A DNA stretch of 64,000 nt from Kiritimatiellia bacterium. GTDB lineage: Bacteria > Verrucomicrobiota > Kiritimatiellia > RFP12 > JBMNHG01. The notes under the pieces were generated by a model. It saw only the letters and a list, made by a program, of their open reading frames with translations, was not told where the DNA came from and made no database searches. The stretch covers positions 1 through 64,000 of the forward strand of contig JBMNHG010000003.1 of assembly GCA_050950285.1 (NCBI GenBank), read 5' to 3'. Position numbers and translations under genes: made by a program. Shown here in pieces: positions 56,004 to 64,000 of the stretch (positions are counted from its first letter, which is position 1; each line of letters opens with the position of its first letter).

Positions 56004-58142
56004 TCATTCCACCACAATCCGGTAGAAGAGTGGGCCGGGGCCGATGGCGGTTTCGTCCACATACTCCGCAGTCCCCTCCACGCCCAGCAGGCCGCTTGCG
56101 CCTTGCAAGGGATGGAAGACCGGGCTGGCGGCGAGATCGGAGCTGCGCTCGATCCGGTAGGTGCGCGTCGGCACGCTGCGCCAACGGATCGCATGGCCTT
56201 GCGCCTGCCCGATTGGCGGAGCGGTGATGCGCAGGTCCGTATCGCGGTTGTGGGGATCGGTTCCGGCGCGCCAATGCTGCCATACGGTGAAGCTGCTGCC
56301 GAAGAGCCGCTGGTGATCCACCGAGCCATCGGTCGGCAAATCATGGAGCTGCAGCCACCCGAAGGGGATTCCGCTGGCGGTCTGCGCTCCTGCGCCTGTC
56401 GTAAAACGCCATGCCGCGGGCACGGAGATGCCGGGATGGCAGGCGCCGGACGCGGACCGGAAACAGGTTGCATCAAAAACCACGTAGTAGCACACGCCCG
56501 ATGCCAGCACCCCGGCGGGGTCCACGATCGCCTGCGACCCCGCGACGGTGATGCGGGAGTCCGTGATCGGGATGGACTCGAATACCGCATGGTTGGAGGC
56601 CTGTTGGATGGTCACGCTTCCCGTGGTGCCTTTCGAGATGTCGGCATTGAAGGTGATGACGAGGTTGGTGGAAGCATCGACACCCTCGGCCAAATGTCCA
56701 GGCGCCAGCCCCGTGGCCGAGAGGAAGAGCAGCGGCGACATGTAGTCGTACGAGTAATACTGGAAGCCGGGCACGCCGGCCGCATACGTGCGGGGATCCG
56801 TGTCGTCATGATAGGCGGCCATGAAGCTCTCTTCGGCCTCGTTCAGGCTGTGCGCCGCAAGCCAGTCCCCCATGAACGGCTGATCCGCGTAATGATCCGA
56901 AGACTCCGCCGAAAAAATGGGCCAGACCACCAGGTTCGTCGTGGCCGCACCGAGCGCATGGAGCCGGGACTTGGCGTAGGCGTAGGCGTTCGCGGGGTTG
57001 CCGACATAGCAATGCAGCAGAAGCCGGTCAACAAGTCCCGCCAGCTCCCCGATCTCGGCGTCGGTGGGCCACCCGACATAGGTCTCCACTTTCGCGCCCG
57101 AGGGGGCGGCCGCCGTCCGCATGTGCTGGAGAATGGCCTTGCACGGATCGAAATCGCGCGGCTGGTGATTCCAGAACTCATACTCGAGGTTGAAGACGTC
57201 GGCCTTGCCAGGATAGGCGCTGTTGTAGCTCTGAAAGGCGTCAAAGTCCGCCGCAGAGCCGCCGATGAAGCCAATCTCCTCCACGCCATACGCCGATTTT
57301 GCAAGCTGCACGAAGGCGTCCACATCCGCTCCCATCGGATAGCTCCCCAAATAGAGCGCCAGATAGGCGATGGAGTTGCGCTTGGCGTATTCCAGTACGG
57401 ACAAGGCCAGGCCACGGTTGCGGAGAATTTGATGGACCTTGTCCACATACATGCCGCGCGAGCGCGGCTGAAGGGTCACGGTCCACCGGGCGGCCGGGCT
57501 GGAATAGGCGCCTTGCCAGTCGAACACGCTGGCCTCGATGGTGTACGTGCCCGCCTCCGGGAACGTGTGGCTCCAGACATCCTGCGCCTCGCTGCCGGAC
57601 AGCGTGAAGCGACTGGCCTGGTGCTCGCCATTCACGTACCACTCCACGCCGCGCAGGTCGCTGTTGACATCCGTCGCGCACACCGTGAAGGCCTGCGTCG
57701 CCCCCGGCGGAACGAACACGTTGGCGCCCGCCGGAGAAGCGCGCGAGGCAACCGGAGGGGCGCTGTCATACGCCACGACGTCCCAGCGCACGCTGTCGTG
57801 TTTCCATGCGGTATCGTACACGATCGCAACAACCGTGCGGCTGCCTGGCGTGGCGAAGGTGTACGACCAGCTGTCCGTGGCGTTGGTTCCGGAGATCGGA
57901 TGGGATTCGATGTAATCCCCGTCCAGGTACCACTCGGTTACGTGAAGAGCGCCAGTCGCATCCATGCCGCGCACGACAAAAGTCCGCTGCGTTCCTGGGG
58001 CGAGCGATACCGTGGCATCCGCAGGCGACTCCCGCAAGGCTGTGGGGGCCGCCATCGCATCGGGCACGAAACACGACACGGCCAGACAGATGCCCACGAC
58101 AAGGAGGTTTTTGCCTTTCTCGATCACTACTAACTCGGCCAC
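56004..58142 (-). CDS. Secreted protein: two PKD/Ig-like repeats, TIM-barrel-like domain, Ig-like domain, C-terminal GTDP...FYRIVVE module
   Basis: Signal peptide; repeated EWY.DG/NG..WS.TF...G..T; FNLEYEFWN; ASTNLVITFNADI. The start codon is uncertain. Confidence 0.7.
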   Translation of the reverse strand: MAELVVIEKGKNLLVVGICLAVSCFVPDAMAAPTALRESPADATVSLAPGTQRTFVVRGMDATGALHVTEWYLDGDYIESHPISGTNATDSWSYTFATPGSRTVVAIVYDTAWKHDSVRWDVVAYDSAPPVASRASPAGANVFVPPGATQAFTVCATDVNSDLRGVEWYVNGEHQASRFTLSGSEAQDVWSHTFPEAGTYTIEASVFDWQGAYSSPAARWTVTLQPRSRGMYVDKVHQILRNRGLALSVLEYAKRNSIAYLALYLGSYPMGADVDAFVQLAKSAYGVEEIGFIGGSAADFDAFQSYNSAYPGKADVFNLEYEFWNHQPRDFDPCKAILQHMRTAAAPSGAKVETYVGWPTDAEIGELAGLVDRLLLHCYVGNPANAYAYAKSRLHALGAATTNLVVWPIFSAESSDHYADQPFMGDWLAAHSLNEAEESFMAAYHDDTDPRTYAAGVPGFQYYSYDYMSPLLFLSATGLAPGHLAEGVDASTNLVITFNADISKGTTGSVTIQQASNHAVFESIPITDSRITVAGSQAIVDPAGVLASGVCYYVVFDATCFRSASGACHPGISVPAAWRFTTGAGAQTASGIPFGWLQLHDLPTDGSVDHQRLFGSSFTVWQHWRAGTDPHNRDTDLRITAPPIGQAQGHAIRWRSVPTRTYRIERSSDLAASPVFHPLQGASGLLGVEGTAEYVDETAIGPGPLFYRIVVE

Positions 58143-58277
58143 AATTCATACTGCAAAACAGGGGCACGGGTTTCCCAACCCGTGACACGGACAGGAATGT
58201 CCGTGCCCCTTTCCCAACTCCAAATTCCAGCTCCCAATGCCTGAATCCCCGCGCGCAGCGCTATTTGTGGCCGGGTT

Positions 58278-58460
58278 AGTAGCATCCCATAGGATTCGCC
58301 GACAACTAAAACACGTTGGCTTCGTGGCTGTCCGCCTGTAACCTACAGGCATTATGAAAAAGAAAGCGACCAAGGCGCGCGACCGCGCAACCACGAGGCC
58401 AGCAAGGACAGCATACACCACCCTGCGCCAGATCGTCCAGTGGATCCCCGCAGGGTTGCC
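58278..58460 (+). mobile_element. Left-end remnant of an IS4-family element
   Basis: AGTAGCATCCCATAG end-like sequence and a short ORF MKKKATK...YTTLRQIVQWIPAG resembling IS4 transposase N-termini. Confidence 0.4.
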
Positions 58461-58584
58461 GGACACCTCACTTTGACCTCACCTCACTTCGACAAGTGAG
58501 GCCCCAAAAAATCCCCCGAAAAATCCGAGTGCCAGGACGCGTCCCTTTTACTATACTGCTTTCCCTGTTCCGAGGAGGACCACA

Positions 58585-59484
58585 ATGAAGAAAACGGCAA
58601 AAGCAAAAACGGGAACCTGGACCGAGAAAACGGGCTTGGCGCAGAGGTTGAAGGGGGGCGTGATCATGGACGTCGTGACCGCCGACCAAGCCAAGATCGC
58701 CGAGGACGCGGGCGCGTGCGCCGTGATGGCGCTCGAACGCGTGCCGGCCGACATCCGCGCGCAGGGCGGCGTGGCGCGCATGTCCGACCCCGACCTGATC
58801 GAAAAAATCATGGCGGCCGTGACCATCCCCGTGATGGCGAAATGCCGCATCGGCCACTTTGTCGAGGCGCAGATTCTCCAGGCGATCGGAATCGACTTCA
58901 TCGACGAGTCCGAGGTGCTGACTCCCGCAGACGAAGCGAACCATATCGACAAGAATCTCTTCAAAGTCCCCTTCGTGTGCGGCTGCCGCAATCTCGGCGA
59001 GGCGCTGCGCCGCGTCGGCGAGGGCGCCGCGATGATCCGTACCAAGGGCGAGGCGGGCACGGGCGACGTAGTCGAGGCGGTCCGCCACGCGCGGACGGTG
59101 CTCGGCGACATCCGCCGCCTCACGGCGATGGCCGACGAAGAGCTGATGGCCTTTGCCAAGGAGATCGGCGCACCGCTTGACCTGGTCAAGGAGACCAAGC
59201 GTCTCGGCCGTCTGCCGGTCGTCAACTTCGCCGCCGGCGGCGTGGCCACCCCGGCCGACGCGGCGCTGATGATGCAGCTCGGCGTGGATGGCGTGTTCGT
59301 CGGCTCCGGCATCTTCAAGAGCGGCGACCCGGCCAAGCGCGCCGCGGCGATCGTCAAGGCGGTGGCCCACTACACGGATGCCGCCATGCTGGCGAAGGTG
59401 AGCCGCAACCTCGGCGAAGCGATGGTCGGCCGCACGGTGGCGACGATGCCCGAGGCGGAACGAATCGCGAACCGCGGCTGGTAG
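58585..59484 (+). CDS. pdxS: Pyridoxal 5'-phosphate synthase lyase subunit
   Basis: [46 protein letters not shown]. Confidence 0.98.
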   Translation: MKKTAKAKTGTWTEKTGLAQRLKGGVIMDVVTADQAKIAEDAGACAVMALERVPADIRAQGGVARMSDPDLIEKIMAAVTIPVMAKCRIGHFVEAQILQAIGIDFIDESEVLTPADEANHIDKNLFKVPFVCGCRNLGEALRRVGEGAAMIRTKGEAGTGDVVEAVRHARTVLGDIRRLTAMADEELMAFAKEIGAPLDLVKETKRLGRLPVVNFAAGGVATPADAALMMQLGVDGVFVGSGIFKSGDPAKRAAAIVKAVAHYTDAAMLAKVSRNLGEAMVGRTVATMPEAERIANRGW

Positions 59485-59731
59485 CCTGTGAACCGGTGTC
59501 CCGGCCCGGCGGCGCGCCGCGGAATATGCGGCGCGCCGCTTTCGCCCCGGCCCGATCCGGCGCCCCATGCGTAGCGGTCACGCCGTGGTGTGGGCCCAAT
59601 TCACGCAAGGCAAGGAAGACAAGGCTCGGGCCCCAAAAATTTTTGAAAATTTGCATTGACAAGCATGGGAGCCTGGTTGTACGGTTCACGCGTCCCTGAA
59701 AATTGTGTTTTGCTTTTGATAGGACACGACC

Positions 59732-59830
59732 TTGTACAGCAACTTAAGCAGCCTGGCAATTAGCATCCTTGGCGGCGTTATCGTCCTTCTTGGCGGTATC
59801 GCCTCCCGTGCTTTGCCAAAGCCCTCTTAA
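59732..59830 (+). CDS. Putative ilv operon leader peptide (32 aa)
   Basis: AGGA then a TTG start; MYSNLSSLAISILGGVIVLLGGIASRALPKPS, with an Ile/Leu/Val cluster. Confidence 0.75.
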   Translation: MYSNLSSLAISILGGVIVLLGGIASRALPKPS

Positions 59831-59861
59831 GTTTTGTACCATACAAAGGCAGAAGTTAAGA

Positions 59862-59897
59862 AAACCCGCGGCGAAGCAAAGCCCGCGGGTTTTTTTG
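59862..59897 (+). terminator. Attenuator terminator upstream of ilvB
   Basis: AAAACCCGCGG...CCGCGGGTTTTTTT between the leader peptide and the ilvB RBS. Confidence 0.85.
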
Positions 59898-59923
59898 TTT
59901 GTCCCTGGCGAATGGAGAACAGC

Positions 59924-61591
59924 ATGAAAATCAAAGGAGCAGAAAGGGTCATCCGCGTCCTCGTCGAAGAGGGTGTGGACACTGTTTTCGGTTATCCTGG
60001 CGGTGCAGTTCTGGACATTTACGATGAACTGTACAAGTACGGCAACCGGATCCACCATTACACCACCTGCCATGAACAGGCTGCGGCGCACGCAGCGGAT
60101 GCGTATGCCAGGGTGACCGGGAAGGTCGGCGTCGTGATCGCGACTTCCGGGCCTGGCGCGACGAACCTGGTCACCGGGATCGCGAATGCGTATCTCGACT
60201 CCTCGCCCGTGGTTGCCATTACCGGGAATGTGGCCTGTGACGCGATCGGCAAGGACAGCTTCCAGGAGGTCGACATCACCGGGATCACGATGCCGATCAC
60301 CAAGCACAACTACATCGTCAAGGATGTGACGCGTCTGGCGGATGTGCTGCGGGAGGCCTTTGAGATTGCCCGCAGCGGCCGTCCGGGGCCGGTGCTCGTG
60401 GACATCCCGAAGGACATCCAGCAGGCCGACTGCGACGATGGGCCCAGGGCTGCCGCAACGCCCCAGAAGGCCTATCGCAATGGCAAGGAGGCGTTTGCGC
60501 AGGCGGTGAAGCTGATCCGGGAGTGCCGGCGCCCCTACATTTACACCGGCGGCGGCACGATTGGCTCGAATGCCACCAAGGAGTTGCTCGAACTGGCCGA
60601 GAAGATCGATTCGCCGATCGGCAGCAGCATGATGGGCCTGTCGGCCGTCAGCCACGATCATCCCCGCTTCCTGGGCATGACCGGGATGCACGGCAAATTT
60701 GCCGCCGGCCAGGTGATGGCGAAGGCGGATCTGCTGATCGCCGTCGGCACCCGTTTCTCGGATCGCGCCACCGGCAACAAGGTTGCCTTCATCCAGGACA
60801 AGAAGGTCATCCATATCGACATCGACCCGTCCGAGATCGGCAAAAACATCCCGGCCTATGTGTCGCTGGTCGGGGACGTCCGGTGTGTTCTGGAAAAGCT
60901 GCTCGCGGAGTTGCCGGAGGGCGACCGCGCCGCCTGGCATCAGGAAGTCGAGGCCATCCGGAATGGTCCGGACAATCATCTGGAGATGCCGGAGGACACG
61001 CTGAATCCGGAGACGGTCATCCGTGCGGTGAACCGCCATGCCCCGAAGGACACGGTGGTTTGCACGGATGTCGGCCAGCATCAGATGTGGACGGCGCAGT
61101 ACTATCACTTTTCCAAGCCGCGCTCCTTCATCACGTCCGGCGGTTTGGGGACGATGGGCTTCGGCATGGGCGCGGCGATCGGCGCCTGCATCGGCAACGG
61201 CAAGAAGAAGACCGTGCTGTTTACCAGCGACGGCAGTTTCCACATGAACATGAACGAGATGGCCACGGCGGTGTCCAATCAGCTGCCGCTGGTGATCGTC
61301 CTGCTGAACAACAATGCGCTGGGCATGGTGCGGCAGTGGCAGTCCCTGTTCTTCGCGAAGCGCTACTCCCATACCAGCCTGGAGCGCCATACCGATTACG
61401 TCAAGCTGGCGGAAGCCTTTGGCGCCCAAGGGATCCGGATCAAGAAGCTGGACGAACTCGATGCCGCGGTCAAAGCCGCCTTTGCCACCCAAGGGCCGGT
61501 GCTGATCGAAGTGGCGATCAACGAAGACGAAAAGGTCCTGCCCATGATCCCGCCAGGCGGCACCATCCAGGACATCATCCTCAAAGCATGA
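59924..61591 (+). CDS. ilvB: Acetolactate synthase large subunit
   Basis: VFGYPGG, HEQ, TSGPGATN, TDVGQHQMW, SGGLGTMGFG; ATG 59924 with a GGAG RBS. Confidence 0.97.
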   Translation: MKIKGAERVIRVLVEEGVDTVFGYPGGAVLDIYDELYKYGNRIHHYTTCHEQAAAHAADAYARVTGKVGVVIATSGPGATNLVTGIANAYLDSSPVVAITGNVACDAIGKDSFQEVDITGITMPITKHNYIVKDVTRLADVLREAFEIARSGRPGPVLVDIPKDIQQADCDDGPRAAATPQKAYRNGKEAFAQAVKLIRECRRPYIYTGGGTIGSNATKELLELAEKIDSPIGSSMMGLSAVSHDHPRFLGMTGMHGKFAAGQVMAKADLLIAVGTRFSDRATGNKVAFIQDKKVIHIDIDPSEIGKNIPAYVSLVGDVRCVLEKLLAELPEGDRAAWHQEVEAIRNGPDNHLEMPEDTLNPETVIRAVNRHAPKDTVVCTDVGQHQMWTAQYYHFSKPRSFITSGGLGTMGFGMGAAIGACIGNGKKKTVLFTSDGSFHMNMNEMATAVSNQLPLVIVLLNNNALGMVRQWQSLFFAKRYSHTSLERHTDYVKLAEAFGAQGIRIKKLDELDAAVKAAFATQGPVLIEVAINEDEKVLPMIPPGGTIQDIILKA

Positions 61592-61658
61592 TCTGTCGGG
61601 CTGGTCGGACAGAGCCATCCCCCTGCCCCCTGCCCCCTCTCAATAAGGAGCAAGCCAA

Positions 61659-63220
<1,562 letters not shown>

Positions 63221-63307
63221 CGGACGAGTGGCCGGGCGTTGCGCGGCGATGCAGGCTCGCCGCGCAACGCCCCCCGTCCTCCCTGCGCCCTCCCCCGAGG
63301 AACCACC

Positions 63308-64000
63308 ATGAATTCAGATCACGTAAAACAAGGCATCGAGCGCGCGCCGCACCGTTCGCTGATGAAGGCGATGGGCATGACCCAGAAGGAGATTGACCGT
63401 CCGCTGATCGGCATTGTCAACTCCTTCAATGAAGTTGTTCCGGGGCATGTCCACCTTCAGGAGATCGCCCGTGCGGTGAAATATGGCGTGCTCAGTGCCG
63501 GCGGCAGCCCGATGGAATTCAACACGATCGGCGTTTGCGACGGCATCGCCATGGGACACAGCGGCATGAAATACTCGCTGTGCACCCGCGAACTGATCGC
63601 CGACAGCGTCGAGTGCATGGTGCGGGCGCACCGTTTCGACGGGCTGGTCTTCATCCCCAACTGCGACAAGATCGTGCCGGGCATGATCATGGCGGCGGCA
63701 CGCCTGAACCTGCCCTCGATCTTTGTCAGCGGCGGCGCGATGTTGTCGCTCGAAGACGAAGAGGGCAGCCGTTGTCTGGACCTGAACAGCGTGTTCGAAG
63801 GCGTTGGCGCCTTCAAGGCCGGCACGATCACCGAAGAGGAGTTGGCCCGCCTCGAGGAAAGCGCCTGTCCGGGCTGCGGTTCCTGCTCCGGCATGTTCAC
63901 GGCCAATTCGATGAACTGCCTGACCGAAGCGATTGGCCTGGCGCTCGAAGGCAACGGCACCATCCCGGCGGTTTTCGCGGCGCGAACCCGCCTGGCCAAA
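63308..64000 (+). CDS. ilvD: Dihydroxy-acid dehydratase (runs off the window)
   Basis: [45 protein letters not shown]. Confidence 0.97.
   Translation, partial: MNSDHVKQGIERAPHRSLMKAMGMTQKEIDRPLIGIVNSFNEVVPGHVHLQEIARAVKYGVLSAGGSPMEFNTIGVCDGIAMGHSGMKYSLCTRELIADSVECMVRAHRFDGLVFIPNCDKIVPGMIMAAARLNLPSIFVSGGAMLSLEDEEGSRCLDLNSVFEGVGAFKAGTITEEELARLEESACPGCGSCSGMFTANSMNCLTEAIGLALEGNGTIPAVFAARTRLAK

Noticed and set aside
58585..59484. pdxS without an adjacent pdxT as an anomaly
   Set aside because: pdxT may lie elsewhere in the genome; this cannot be judged from one window.

Overview
A 64 kb accessory island running into core genome. The host is probably a PVC-superphylum bacterium (Kiritimatiellota/Lentisphaerota-like). 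That is inferred from the style of the secreted proteins, the sulfatase and sialidase content and the prophage gene order, not demonstrated. (1) 1-5.8 kb: a Clp-N protein and a Ser/Thr kinase-TPR protein, a BNR/sialidase, and IS and integrase debris. (2) 5.8-19.1 kb: three direct copies of an IS91/ISCR-type rolling-circle transposase with identical oriIS-like right ends. Two copies carry the same captured sulfatase'/WYL' fragments. Together they bracket an AT-rich Erm(42)-like 23S rRNA methyltransferase and an Eco57I-like restriction-modification locus. (3) 19-42.5 kb: two decayed copies of a prophage-like module (GpA terminase, ParB-methyltransferase, AbrB/Doc pair). Each copy holds a candidate polymorphic toxin locus: three paralogues share a secreted N-terminus with DxDxDG repeats, carry exchanged C-termini (lytic transglycosylase-like, permuted papain-like, or deleted), and are each followed by an unrelated exported immunity-like gene. 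(4) 42.5-55.7 kb: a defence operon (HTH, Mrr, SNF2 helicase, AlbA-ATPase, type III Mod, GxxExxY, type III Res) containing several AACC...GGTT palindromic repeats with 9-nt periodicity. (5) 56-64 kb: a secreted Ig/PKD protein, pdxS, and ilvB-ilvN-ilvC-ilvD with an unannotated leader-peptide attenuator. All family calls come from motif recognition by eye; no searches were run. No rRNA, tRNA or CRISPR array was seen.
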